Virus record (IMG/VR): IMGVR_UViG_2822699256_000006
Strand: one strand, 5' to 3'
Length of the DNA: 64,000 nucleotides
Source of the DNA: an uncultured virus (IMG/VR IMGVR_UViG_2822699256_000006)
Taxonomy: Duplodnaviria > Heunggongvirae > Uroviricota > Caudoviricetes
How positions within the stretch are numbered: the first letter of the stretch is position 1; each line of letters opens with the position of its first letter. Under the pieces are notes generated by a model. The model had not been told where the DNA came from and did no database searches. It was given only the letters and a program-made list of their open reading frames with translations. Below are positions 25,311 to 35,161 of this stretch, one piece after another. The position numbers and the translations under genes are program-made.

Positions 25311-25579
25311 CTCCCATTGTAATTTCTTTTGTAGCAGTTATAATGAGCGTTATTTTTTATCTCCCATTCATCTGCGTAATTCCCTGTATTTGCCCCAGTA
25401 GAAGAAAAGCTACTTTCCTTTGAGGGCTGTTTTATATCTTTACCACAATAGCGGCAATATACTGGCTCATTTATAGATTGCATGGTTTGTTGCATGGCTA
25501 TTTGATGAAAGCTCATGTCTGACCATGCTGATTTATTCTTTAAAGACACTAGGTGGATCCTCCTTAGATAAAGCTGCAA
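25307..25579 (-). CDS. Small zinc-finger protein
   Basis: CRYCGK...HYNC; true start probably MSFHQ at 25516. Confidence 0.6.
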   Translation of the reverse strand: MQLYLRRIHLVSLKNKSAWSDMSFHQIAMQQTMQSINEPVYCRYCGKDIKQPSKESSFSSTGANTGNYADEWEIKNNAHYNCYKRNYNGR

Positions 25580-25886
25580 CTACAATCTCATCATCTTCAT
25601 CTACCACTAAATCAAGATACAATTCTTTTTTAAATAGTTTTGCTGAGTCATAGTATTCTTTTAGACCATTATCCTCATGATCAGCAAATCTTTTTTCACT
25701 CTTTTTATTATTGTACTCATATTCAATCTCTGTATAAGAAGTTTTTCCAACTGTAGTTGTCCCTATGTTAATGACTTTAACTTGATGAATGCTTTTCATC
25801 TTTGAGAAGTATTCAGCATCTCTAGAACATCCTGTCGCAAGTAGAATACCTACTGCTGATACAGCAATTAATAATTTTCTTTTCAT
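25533..25886 (-). CDS. Lipoprotein
   Basis: MKRK-hydrophobic-LATG|C lipobox. Confidence 0.8.
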   Translation of the reverse strand: MKRKLLIAVSAVGILLATGCSRDAEYFSKMKSIHQVKVINIGTTTVGKTSYTEIEYEYNNKKSEKRFADHEDNGLKEYYDSAKLFKKELYLDLVVDEDDEIVVAALSKEDPPSVFKE

Positions 25887-25887
25887 G

Positions 25888-26280
25888 TCATATCACCTGT
25901 CTTTTACAAAGAGCTGAAAGCTTCTCTTTAGATTCATCTGCATCAATAGTTTCACGAGCAATCATCTTTTCGAATATAGGTGGATTATGTATATGCTTCT
26001 TCATACACACACTATCCGTTTTTACTAACTCGCAATTTTGGCATTTCACATGAGACGAATCATAGCTACGGCACTTATAGTCAATTGGACATTCTTCAAA
26101 GTACCTGCACTTTCCATAAATACGATGCCTTGGAAGATCAAGCATGTTTTCTTTTCCGTAGATATCCCTTTTGTTTGCACGAACACTAACTTCTTTCATG
26201 CGATCCTTTTCATAGTTGCTTCGCATTTCTTGCCTTTGCTCATAGCTTTTAAACGTGCGCTGCTGTTCAACTGTGGCCAT
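25888..26280 (-). CDS. Cys-rich hypothetical protein
   Basis: CRYFEECPIDYKC...CQNC...C..HIH. Confidence 0.7.
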   Translation of the reverse strand: MATVEQQRTFKSYEQRQEMRSNYEKDRMKEVSVRANKRDIYGKENMLDLPRHRIYGKCRYFEECPIDYKCRSYDSSHVKCQNCELVKTDSVCMKKHIHNPPIFEKMIARETIDADESKEKLSALCKRQVI

Positions 26281-26295
26281 CTTTCATATCCCCTT

Positions 26296-26697
26296 TTATT
26301 TTATAACTGAGCCTTCTAGTTCAATCCCTAATTTCAAGCAATCATTCAGTGTTAAAGTGATTTTATTTTCAGCTTTATTAATGTTTCCTTTGCCTTTAGA
26401 GCGTTCTTCAATATCTTCTAGCTCTTGAAGTTTACTTTCAATATACGTTTGTATTTCATCCATTTCGCTTAATTCTTTTTGTTTCTCACTAAATTCCCCA
26501 AACATTTTTACATACTTAGGATTAGCAATACGAGAGTCTGATGCATCATCATAAACTGTCTTAGAAATATCATTCAGTTCTGCATGTAAAGTTTCTAACT
26601 CTTTTACTTTTTTATTTCGGTTCATTTTAATATCATACAGTTTATCCTGCATCTTTTCTTCTAACTGTTCAAGTGTTAATGATGGTCCAATTAACAT
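26296..26697 (-). CDS. Coiled-coil protein
   Basis: RBS AAGGAGG; heptad-like E/K pattern; operator-like TGTAATGCATTACT at 26711-26724 abuts the RBS. Confidence 0.75.
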   Translation of the reverse strand: MLIGPSLTLEQLEEKMQDKLYDIKMNRNKKVKELETLHAELNDISKTVYDDASDSRIANPKYVKMFGEFSEKQKELSEMDEIQTYIESKLQELEDIEERSKGKGNINKAENKITLTLNDCLKLGIELEGSVIK

Positions 26698-26724
26698 TAT
26701 ATTTCCTCCTTGTAATGCATTACT

Positions 26725-27753
26725 TTATTTGTGGTACACTATTTTAATAGCATCTACTTTAGATTTAATCCAATTCATAGGATTCTTTTTTTCTTTTTCT
26801 AAATCTTCATCAGTTAAACCGTCTGGTAGATTCTTCAGCGCACCTTTAAATATCATCTTCAATATCTCTGCTTGCGAGTTATACGTAGTATTGATAGTTC
26901 TTCCGTTATAAGAGATGATTAAGTTCCCTTCTCCATCACCACTAAGCTTAACAAAGGATTTTGTTGTAAATCCATTATTAAAGAAATCCTTTTCTGTAAT
27001 TTCTTGCTCGTATTGGTCAAAAACAACGTCAGATGAACTTCCATTATGCGCTGTATACTCCAAGCCATTTTTTAATAGCTTTAATGTCCCTAGTTTACTA
27101 ATTTCTAGAGAGAATACTTCATTCTTATCTCTAATAAATTCAGATGGTGCAATGTTTAATAGAACATCAAATTTTGCACGTTGAGGGATAGGCTCTGCAA
27201 AATCCTGTGTAAAATCTGATAAGTCATACATTTGAAATTCAGAGTTATACATCCCTGATACTGAAAAGAATCCTTCTGGATATCCAGGTTGTTCAAATTG
27301 TGCATTCACCAGTGTTTGCGTTAATACAGGTGGCACATAGTTCTTTTCTAAGATAGCTAGAGTGTTTGCCTTTAGCTCCGCAGAGAAATCATCATCATGA
27401 TAGATATCCATGCCTAGTGGATTCTTATTCGCTGTTTCTGTTATAAGCCCCACTGTTACTTTCTGTGCTTCATCTTTGTTGTTTGTAATAGTAAAGATCC
27501 ATTTGCTCTCATTCGCATAACGAACACGACTAAAATCAATATCATGTTTTGCTTCACCTTTTGCAGGTGGAGTGAAAGAGAATGTTGCAACTTTTAATTC
27601 TTTCTTTTTCTTTTTACCATTCATCACTTCGGAAATTTCAGCAGAAAACATAATATCAATTACGCCGGCTGCCTTTTTAGTGAACTGTAAGACAGAGAAA
27701 TGACAATTCAATTGATGTGTTTTTTTCGTATCAAAATAATATGAGAATAACAT
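26725..27753 (-). CDS. Hypothetical beta-rich protein
   Basis: 342 aa, start overlaps upstream stop. Confidence 0.75.
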   Translation of the reverse strand: MLFSYYFDTKKTHQLNCHFSVLQFTKKAAGVIDIMFSAEISEVMNGKKKKKELKVATFSFTPPAKGEAKHDIDFSRVRYANESKWIFTITNNKDEAQKVTVGLITETANKNPLGMDIYHDDDFSAELKANTLAILEKNYVPPVLTQTLVNAQFEQPGYPEGFFSVSGMYNSEFQMYDLSDFTQDFAEPIPQRAKFDVLLNIAPSEFIRDKNEVFSLEISKLGTLKLLKNGLEYTAHNGSSSDVVFDQYEQEITEKDFFNNGFTTKSFVKLSGDGEGNLIISYNGRTINTTYNSQAEILKMIFKGALKNLPDGLTDEDLEKEKKNPMNWIKSKVDAIKIVYHK

Positions 27754-28259
27754 TATAGACTTCCTTTCTGTTCTCTTGAAATTGTAAATTGTGAGCTGTC
27801 CTTCCAGCTATCAAGACGAACACCAATCGGAATCTCTGCATGACTGTTTTTCTTTAATTTTAGAATCATATTCTCTTTATCTAACACGGTATCTTTATCA
27901 ACACCAATAGCATGAGTAACAAATCCACCAGATTCAATTTCAATAGCAGATAGCTCCTCTAAATGAGGATTCATTTCTATTGTTAGATTATCCATGTCCG
28001 TATTTAGTTCATTTAAGATCTTTGTAGTTTGTTTTTCAATCTCCTGGTCTTTGTTTAAGCGCAATGTAATCTGCTTAATCTTTGATTCTGCAATACCATT
28101 GTACTCCATCTTACGTTGTAAATCGCTTTGATCAATAACATCTTCTTTTGTTTTTGCTAATTGCGTTTGGTATGTACCTATTAAAGTATTTAGACGTAAC
28201 TTTTTTTGTATTCCTTCTTGCACATATCTTCTTAAATGATTATTCATTTGTGATGGCAT
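27753..28259 (-). CDS. Coiled-coil hypothetical protein
   Basis: RBS AAAGGAG. Confidence 0.75.
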   Translation of the reverse strand: MPSQMNNHLRRYVQEGIQKKLRLNTLIGTYQTQLAKTKEDVIDQSDLQRKMEYNGIAESKIKQITLRLNKDQEIEKQTTKILNELNTDMDNLTIEMNPHLEELSAIEIESGGFVTHAIGVDKDTVLDKENMILKLKKNSHAEIPIGVRLDSWKDSSQFTISREQKGSL

Positions 28260-28273
28260 GTATGGTCACTCCT

Positions 28274-28573
28274 TTATATGGCTTTAATACCTGCCCTTAC
28301 TTCTTTGGCGCATTGTCTTCTCTTGCGTAATACTTCGGGATCAGTGGCTAAAAAGATTCCTTTTTCATTTAAAGCTTGTCGAGCTCTGCGAATAACTTCT
28401 GTTCCTGTGGCAAATGGAATACCATGTATATCTTCTACATTATCAATTTTTTGCCAATAGGTTGTACATAACAAGTTGTCGCTGTTTCTCGTATCAGGAT
28501 ATTTTTCCAATATAAACTTAACTTTATCTTTTGTATGCTTTAAAGCTTTAATATATGAACTTTCCATTTTCAT
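28274..28573 (-). CDS. Phage-type hypothetical protein, possibly DNA-binding
   Basis: ILEKYPDTRNSD...EVIRRARQ. Confidence 0.7.
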   Translation of the reverse strand: MKMESSYIKALKHTKDKVKFILEKYPDTRNSDNLLCTTYWQKIDNVEDIHGIPFATGTEVIRRARQALNEKGIFLATDPEVLRKRRQCAKEVRAGIKAI

Positions 28574-28581
28574 ATTCCCCT

Positions 28582-29667
28582 TTAACTTTGATAAACTAAA
28601 GCAGCATATCTCCTACAAGCATCTATAGGAGCTTCCATACAAAATGACATGTTTGGCACAAACTCATAGAAGCGAGTACCTTTAAAGGATCCTAATTTGT
28701 TCTTACCAACTTTCATTTCAATAACTGGCATCTTTTCTTCATTTTCTTCATTGAGCCAGTAAACTTGAGCACCTTCTTCTTTAATACCCACTTCGTTATA
28801 CAAGAGAGCAATAAAGTTTGCTTCATATTCCAATCGGTTATTTTCTTTTAAGTCTTCTGTTCCTGGTCTGCGATTGCCACCTAGCTTTCTTAAATGAGCG
28901 GTACAGAAAATCGCAACATCATAAGTCACACACCATTGTTTAACTGTTTTTGCTACATATTCATATAACGCTTTGTCTTGTAATTGTTTAGATTCTACAG
29001 TTAAGTCGTAAATACTATCAATCATAATTACTAATTTCTTGTCTGGAAACGCCATCTTTAAGTCTTGGATTCTTTTTTCAATAACTTCTACACTTGTTCC
29101 TTCAGTAGAATCCCATAAAGAAAACTTACTAGCATTTCTATACATGTATTTAATGCCCTCGTTACGCTTTTCTATAACTTCTGGATTATCCATGTATCGT
29201 GAAGGGTTTTTAGCCTGTGAAATTGTAATTTGTTGCTTACAAGCAATATATCTTGGTGTCAGTTCATTTGAACTATCATCCAGAGAATGATAAGCTACGT
29301 GAGCATTTTCATTTAAATCAGCAATATCTTGTCCTAGTTGTAATAACCATGCAGACTTACCTACGTTTGGCTGTGCGGCTATTAAGTATAATCCAGTTTG
29401 TACGCCACCCTCAATTGCTTCATTAAACAATGGGAAGTTTGTAACGAGTCCACCTCTGGCATCACGATTCCATGAGTAGTCATCCACATTTTGAACAGTT
29501 TGTAGCATCTTTTGTTCAATAGGATTCATTGGTCGATTAAAAATCTTTTCAGGATTAGCTAAGCGGACTTTTAAAGGGTTGCCTATATCGGTTGTAAAGA
29601 TTTCCTCGTCTTGATTCATTGTTGTTGCAATATTATTATAAACTTCTTGGAAATTAATATTTGTCAT
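28582..29667 (-). CDS. DnaB-like SF4 replicative helicase (C-terminal domain only)
   Basis: Walker A AAQPNVGKS, IMIDSI, AHLRK, RRPGTEDLKE, KNK.G; start moved to ATG after AAAGGAG. Confidence 0.9.
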   Translation of the reverse strand: MTNINFQEVYNNIATTMNQDEEIFTTDIGNPLKVRLANPEKIFNRPMNPIEQKMLQTVQNVDDYSWNRDARGGLVTNFPLFNEAIEGGVQTGLYLIAAQPNVGKSAWLLQLGQDIADLNENAHVAYHSLDDSSNELTPRYIACKQQITISQAKNPSRYMDNPEVIEKRNEGIKYMYRNASKFSLWDSTEGTSVEVIEKRIQDLKMAFPDKKLVIMIDSIYDLTVESKQLQDKALYEYVAKTVKQWCVTYDVAIFCTAHLRKLGGNRRPGTEDLKENNRLEYEANFIALLYNEVGIKEEGAQVYWLNEENEEKMPVIEMKVGKNKLGSFKGTRFYEFVPNMSFCMEAPIDACRRYAALVYQS

Positions 29668-29867
29668 ATATGGTGCTCCTTTCACTCTTTCCCTGCACAA
29701 AATTTATAAAAATGGTAAATATAAAATAGAAAATAGTTTCATAGATTTTGTGCAAGAAAGAAGACGGTTCTTTCTTGCTATATAATCCACCTGGAAGTTG
29801 GGATGGTATGCGAATCCACCCCTTCCTAAAACCCATAAGTTTCACGAAGGGAGGGATTCTGCCCCTT

Positions 29868-30110
29868 TTAATAGTAAGTAATTTTCATATTTTTTGAATC
29901 GCCATCTATTGCTAAAGGAAAAATAGATTCTTTAAACCACTCTTGTTCGTTAATATTCATTTGCTTTGGAGCAAGTATTTGATCTACTCTTAACCCTCTT
30001 AAATTTTCAGCCACACTTTTAACGGGAATCATAATAATTCTTTCAAATCTAGTGCTAACTTCCTTACTAAAATCTCTTGTAACAATTAGGATATTCTTTT
30101 TCTTTTGCAT
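29868..30110 (-). CDS. Hypothetical protein
   Basis: RBS GAGG; contains LRGLRVDQI. Confidence 0.6.
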   Translation of the reverse strand: MQKKKNILIVTRDFSKEVSTRFERIIMIPVKSVAENLRGLRVDQILAPKQMNINEQEWFKESIFPLAIDGDSKNMKITYY

Positions 30111-30307
30111 TTCTTTTTTCCTCTTTTCTGTCTAGTTCTATACTTTTTCTCTTCTGCATATATACATGCACCCATTATGATAATAAGTACAATAATAAAG
30201 GCTATTTGTTGCATATATTTAGGCTGATTAATGGTGCATTTATAAACAATAATTGCAATAATAAAGCCATAAATACAGTCAGCAAACTCACCGAACGATT
30301 TTCTCAC
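30086..30307 (-). CDS. Small two-TM membrane protein
   Basis: Two hydrophobic stretches, basic tail. Confidence 0.6.
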   Translation of the reverse strand: MRKSFGEFADCIYGFIIAIIVYKCTINQPKYMQQIAFIIVLIIIMGACIYAEEKKYRTRQKRGKKKCKRKRIS

Positions 30308-31404
30308 TTTGCGATCTCCTTATTAAATAAAGGACACTTTTCTTTATCGCAGACACCGCTTACTCGTTTAAATGTATCGCATCCGTATTTGTATTGGCCG
30401 TTGTATACGGAGTTAACAATGATTTCAATTTCATTTGCTTTTAATGGTGGTGAGCATCGTTCTTCACCCCATTTCTGCATACGTGCTACCGTTTCTTCTC
30501 TTGGAACTTGCTGTTGCATATAGAAGCTTGCTAATGCAGTAGCGCTGTTATTTCTTTCATCTACAGTTTCTCTAAATAATTTTTCATTCATTGCTTTAAT
30601 GCATGGTGGTTCTGTTTTTATCTTTCTAATCTTTCCGGTAAACTCTGTTCGCTTATTTATCTTTTGAGTCCACTCTTCAATATGCTTTTTGATTACTAAT
30701 CTTGCACGTTGTGAAGGAAGAGGTTGCTCTATTTTTATTTGCCTTGGAGACTGAGCAAGCTGTAATAATTCTGCATGACTTAGCTTGTTAAACTCATCAC
30801 TGGAAATAGGAATCTTGTAAGCTTTCCCTTTTATATTCCAAGAGTTAATCATTCGAAACATGCGTTTATCATCATATACTTTCGTATCAAGCGTATTATT
30901 TTTACAGTAGCTTTTGATATCTTCAGCAATTTGCTTATAAATTTGATTAAGAGCTACATGAGGATCTAATCCCAATGTAATAGCAGGAATGATTAAATGG
31001 ATGCCTTTGTTTCCAGAAAAATAAAATTGAACCTGTTTCATATCAACTTGCATAATAACCGTTATATATCTTAGTGCTACCTTTACATCTTCTTTTAATT
31101 TTATATAATCTTGTTCACTTTCAATTACAGTATCAAAATCAAGGTAAAAATCTCCCCATTTCAAACTATCACTTGCGTTTATAATCCATTTTCCTTTTTC
31201 ATTTTGGAACCAAATTGGATTAATGTATTGCATTACAGTTTGATAGACGCCTTGATTTTTATAATGTTCCCTGAACTGCCAAGTGTTTTCAGGGAACATG
31301 AAATGTTTTCTTGTAAATGGATATTTCTCTGTTTCTAAATCAGCACCACATTCGACCCATAAAGTAACATCAGTGGAAGCTTGTTGTATTGCTGTCTGTT
31401 GCAT
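30304..31404 (-). CDS. Archaeo-eukaryotic primase with PriCT-like C-terminus
   Basis: LDFD motif I, FSGNKGIH motif II, DTKVYD..RMFR; PPCI, ERNNS, PPL...E...IVNS, terminal Cys cluster. Confidence 0.85.
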   Translation of the reverse strand: MQQTAIQQASTDVTLWVECGADLETEKYPFTRKHFMFPENTWQFREHYKNQGVYQTVMQYINPIWFQNEKGKWIINASDSLKWGDFYLDFDTVIESEQDYIKLKEDVKVALRYITVIMQVDMKQVQFYFSGNKGIHLIIPAITLGLDPHVALNQIYKQIAEDIKSYCKNNTLDTKVYDDKRMFRMINSWNIKGKAYKIPISSDEFNKLSHAELLQLAQSPRQIKIEQPLPSQRARLVIKKHIEEWTQKINKRTEFTGKIRKIKTEPPCIKAMNEKLFRETVDERNNSATALASFYMQQQVPREETVARMQKWGEERCSPPLKANEIEIIVNSVYNGQYKYGCDTFKRVSGVCDKEKCPLFNKEIAK

Positions 31405-32065
31405 GACGCTTAATCTCCCTATTTATTCCTGTAACTTTATGAGTGTTTTCTTTTCGTTGTAAAAAGTCTCTTGCTTCTTCTAGATACTTTTCTAATTCAA
31501 AGGCGTTACGCAAAGGTCTGAGCTGATTTTCTTTCCGTTGCACTACAGCAACATCAATCATAAATAATAATTCATCTATCGTGTAGTTACCTAGCATGTA
31601 TTTAAACTTACCTTCATCTTGCTTAATCATATGTTCATTTGGAACAATCTTCATTTGCTTGTACCAGTAATCTAGTAGTTCTTGCATAGTAAATCTCTTT
31701 TTCATTTCAAGATAGAATTCGAATTCTACTCTTACCATCTTGCCCGACTCTGGATCCATCTTTAAAGTCGGTGGTGGCGGAACTTCACGTAAAATATTGT
31801 GATAGTAAAATGAATCTGGACTTAATAAGTTGTTAGGTGGTTCTTTCGTTTTCATAATTTCCTCAATATGATAAAGGGTTGTAACAATTTGAGGATATGT
31901 TTTTGAGAAATTATCTAATTCCTCTTTGATATCATGCAAAGTCCACCCTTTATTCAATAGGAATTGAATAGAGGATATGGCACTTTGTGTTCTCGGTTCT
32001 ATAGAAAATCTAGCTTGGGTGATGTAATGTACAAAATAATTTGCAAGTTCTTCAACGGTCTGCAT
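31370..32065 (-). CDS. Hypothetical replication-associated protein
   Basis: Between annealase and primase; RBS AGGAGTG. Confidence 0.7.
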   Translation of the reverse strand: MQTVEELANYFVHYITQARFSIEPRTQSAISSIQFLLNKGWTLHDIKEELDNFSKTYPQIVTTLYHIEEIMKTKEPPNNLLSPDSFYYHNILREVPPPPTLKMDPESGKMVRVEFEFYLEMKKRFTMQELLDYWYKQMKIVPNEHMIKQDEGKFKYMLGNYTIDELLFMIDVAVVQRKENQLRPLRNAFELEKYLEEARDFLQRKENTHKVTGINREIKRHATDSNTTSFH

Positions 32066-32078
32066 GTATGATTCACTC

Positions 32079-33312
32079 CTATGCCGCTTTTTTATCTAAG
32101 TGATTATTAAAATCTTTTAAGTTATGTGGAGTTAAGTGTCCGAATGATGCATTCTCATCCTTAAAGAACTCTCTCACATGTGGTAACAACTGACTATCTG
32201 TTGAAATATTTAATCGAATTTTATTATTTTTAAGTCTTTCTAATTCTTGTTCAACTCCGGGACTATTCCAAGGATTATCAGCTATGACATTTGCTAAAGG
32301 GTCATTTTGTACAGCTGACTTTCCTGCTTCCTCTTTGCTTGTTTCTTCACTTGCTTGCGGTTGCGCTTGAAAGTTTTGTTGCTGAGCCTGTGCTTGTGGT
32401 TCAGCTTTGAAATTTTGCTGTTCAGCTGTTGCCTGTGGTTGCGCTTGAAACTCCTGTTGTTGAACTGTTTCACTTTGCTGTGGAGTATCATCAAATGGAG
32501 TTGTAATTGTTCCATTTGCCATAGCTGTATCTGTATTATACATAGCTTGTTGCACTTGCTGTGCTTCACTATATTGATTTTGCTGAAGCATCTGCTGATA
32601 CCCTTGAGGGTCATGCTGTTGCATAGTTTGCTGATACCAGTTAGCTTGTTGTTCTGGAGTTAGCTCAACTGGGATACTGCCCTTGCTGTTGTTGATATTG
32701 TTGATTCTGATTCCATTGCTGATTTTGATTCCACTGTTGTTGTGGTTGTTGTTGCCCCTGTGGATACTGATACACATTATTTTGTTGCTGTGCATTCGGA
32801 TTATATCCAACTTGATAGTTAGGGTCTTGTGCTAAATTGTTATATTCATTTTCTTCTGTTTCAATTTTTATTTTATCGTAAACGGATGAACCTACACCGA
32901 ACATTGAAGCGCACTTGTTTAAGCAATTTGAAGTGGCTGATTTATATGCACTATCTTGATTATCCTTACCACCAATGGCAACCTTACACCCATATTGTGA
33001 ACGTTGTCCTAGCCCTGGGATAAATAAATAACCTCTGACATGATAGACATAACCATCAAATGACCAAGCATATGTATTCTTATCAAACTTATACACTTCT
33101 TCTCGCCATTGCTCTACAGGTTCAAAATCCCAATATGTAATTCCGTCTGTTGCATAATCTAATATTTGGGTAACTGTTTTTACACCAATGTACTTACCAT
33201 TTCCTTTACCAGGCTTTTTTTCAAGCCATTCGTCTTTACATTCTTTAAGCTTCTCCCTAATTGTTTTGAGTTGTTCTAAATCAGGAATAAACTTTTCAAT
33301 TACTGCTCGCAT
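32079..33312 (-). CDS. Rad52/Sak-like single-strand annealing protein with Q-rich tail, split by +1 frameshift at 32671-32673
   Basis: N-term KKPGKG..KYI...WDF...SAYKSATSNCLNKCASMFGVGSSVY; Q-rich tract continues seamlessly in the +1 frame (QYP-VELTPEQQ). Confidence 0.75.
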
Positions 33313-33364
33313 ATAAAAACCCTCCTAGTGTGGTTTACCTCTCTTCTTGAAGTATATTTTATAT

Positions 33365-33378
33365 TGTAATGCACTTCA
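33365..33378. promoter_or_regulatory. Operator-like site TGTAATGCACTTCA at replication operon promoter
   Basis: Downstream of minus-strand TTGTCT-17-TACAAT and a second TATAAT. Confidence 0.6.
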
Positions 33379-33422
33379 AGTATTATAAACTTATTGTATC
33401 ATGTCATGTTTATCTAGACAAT

Positions 33423-33468
33423 AAAAAAATGCAGTTATCTTCAGATTTCTCTGAATTCCTGCATTTTT
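33423..33468 (-). terminator. Terminator at end of structural module
   Basis: AAAAAATGCAG...CTGCATTTTTT inverted repeat. Confidence 0.6.
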
Positions 33469-33479
33469 CTTCGATTTCC

Positions 33480-33887
33480 TTATTTTAATAGTGCAATTGC
33501 AGCAGCTCCAGCCGCAGTAATAAGACCAAGTAAAGCGAAAAAAGCTTTCCATAGTTGCCCTATGAACTCAGTTTGAGAATCGATAAACTTATCTTGAGCT
33601 TTCATTGCGATATCTTGTTTGGAATTTAATTCGCCAACATTCTCTTGTACAGTTAACATGCCACGTTGGATTAAATTAACCGAACCTTGGATGTCATTTA
33701 GTGACTTTCTAATATATTGTACTTCTGCTTCTAATTCAGATACTCGTTTCTCTGTTTTTGCGCTCTTCTTCCCTAGTAGCTCCATAGAATCACGAAGATC
33801 TTTAATTTCCCTTTCTAGTTCATCTTGACGTTCAATCAGTCTTTGTATATCCATTTCTTTTAAAGAAAGGTTTCCATAGTTCGGCAT
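33480..33887 (-). CDS. Coiled-coil protein with C-terminal TM (XhlA-like architecture)
   Basis: Heptad repeats then QLWKAFFALLGLITAAGAAAIALLK. Confidence 0.65.
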   Translation of the reverse strand: MPNYGNLSLKEMDIQRLIERQDELEREIKDLRDSMELLGKKSAKTEKRVSELEAEVQYIRKSLNDIQGSVNLIQRGMLTVQENVGELNSKQDIAMKAQDKFIDSQTEFIGQLWKAFFALLGLITAAGAAAIALLK

Positions 33888-33907
33888 AGCACTTGCCTCC
33901 TTCTATA

Positions 33908-35161
33908 CTATGATTCTTTTGTATAATGTAATCTCACAGCATGAAGGCATGGGTTAACTCCATTGTAAGGATCAGGATGCAGATGTGTTTTAATCCATAT
34001 CTTTTCTGCTATTTGGTTTTTCCAATCAGCATTTAAGAGAGGACGTAGTGTATGATCGTTATCTTCTACATATACTTCATATTCATAGATGTTTCCATCT
34101 AGCTGCTTATCTAAATTCTTAGGATAACTAAATGCATTCCTATTTAGAAAAACATGCTCAATAGATTCTATGTTATATACCCCTTCCATATCAAACGGTG
34201 TTAGAACCATACCTCCACTTGTTTCAAATGTTGTTAAGAATACGCCTATTTCTTGTGCGCCTAAGGTAAAAACTGTTTTCCCGTCTATATTTACAGAATA
34301 TCTTTGTACGAATGTAATTCGAATTTTTTGAACGGGAATACTAGGGAAAAACCATTTCTTTCGTGGGGCATGATTTTCAGATGAAATACTAGTGATTTCA
34401 TTCTGCTGAAAACCTTGGATTGTTTGCCAGCCATCATTGTAATGCATTTCAATATCCTTTATTTGAATCCCACGCTCTGGATGAGGATGTATTGCAATCG
34501 TATTAACGTGCAGATTATTAACTAAGTGTAATGGTAATTCAATCTCTACTACAACATCTTCCCCATTCTTCGGGACATCTACTGGAGAATCATATGTTAC
34601 GGTTCGTCTCCAAAATGATAAGTTGTCGCCATTGAAAGCATTTAAGATATCATTATCAACTACTTTTCCTTTTTTACCAGTACGCCCGACTTGAACTTTT
34701 AGTTCTGAAGGGATAATTCTTTTATCGTTCATATCCACGATATGTGTTTTCGATATTTGATGAATTGCAGGTATTGTAGCAAATCTGTATTGTAAATCGA
34801 TTTCTGACCTTGGAATTGTAACTTGATTATCTTGAAACTCTTTAGGGTAGTTTATCTTCATATCTTGAACGAAAGCTGTTTTATGGAAATTCTTATTTAT
34901 ATAGGATGGGCCACCAAGAGTATCTAATTGCTTCTCAATGAGAGCAATTCGGTCTTCAAGGAATTTCACATAATTATGTAATGACATGTTTTCCATAAGA
35001 ACAGTTTGATGTGCTTCTTTAAGTTGTATATTTATTTCATTTTCTTGTTTATATAACTCAATTAATTCTGCATATTTCTGATCTTCATTTTCATTATATT
35101 CATGAGAAGAAGTTGGTCCACGAAATTTCGCATTACCACTTTTACTCGTAGGCATTCTCAT
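33908..35161 (-). CDS. Putative virion structural protein (paralog family)
   Basis: RGPTSSHEYN coiled N-term; AFNGDNLSFW discoidin-like; NPCLHAVRLHY C-term. Confidence 0.7.
   Translation of the reverse strand: MRMPTSKSGNAKFRGPTSSHEYNENEDQKYAELIELYKQENEINIQLKEAHQTVLMENMSLHNYVKFLEDRIALIEKQLDTLGGPSYINKNFHKTAFVQDMKINYPKEFQDNQVTIPRSEIDLQYRFATIPAIHQISKTHIVDMNDKRIIPSELKVQVGRTGKKGKVVDNDILNAFNGDNLSFWRRTVTYDSPVDVPKNGEDVVVEIELPLHLVNNLHVNTIAIHPHPERGIQIKDIEMHYNDGWQTIQGFQQNEITSISSENHAPRKKWFFPSIPVQKIRITFVQRYSVNIDGKTVFTLGAQEIGVFLTTFETSGGMVLTPFDMEGVYNIESIEHVFLNRNAFSYPKNLDKQLDGNIYEYEVYVEDNDHTLRPLLNADWKNQIAEKIWIKTHLHPDPYNGVNPCLHAVRLHYTKES

Noticed and set aside
29654..29845. 63-aa ORF, or c-di-GMP-I riboswitch, upstream of helicase
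   Set aside because: ORF has no good RBS; only superficial GGCA...CGCA similarity without the GNRA/receptor architecture
32294..32810. Independent genes at 32294-32614 and the MDIIRMH start at 32810
   Set aside because: Off-frame translations of the CAA/CAG-rich tract; no RBS; better explained by the frameshifted annealase
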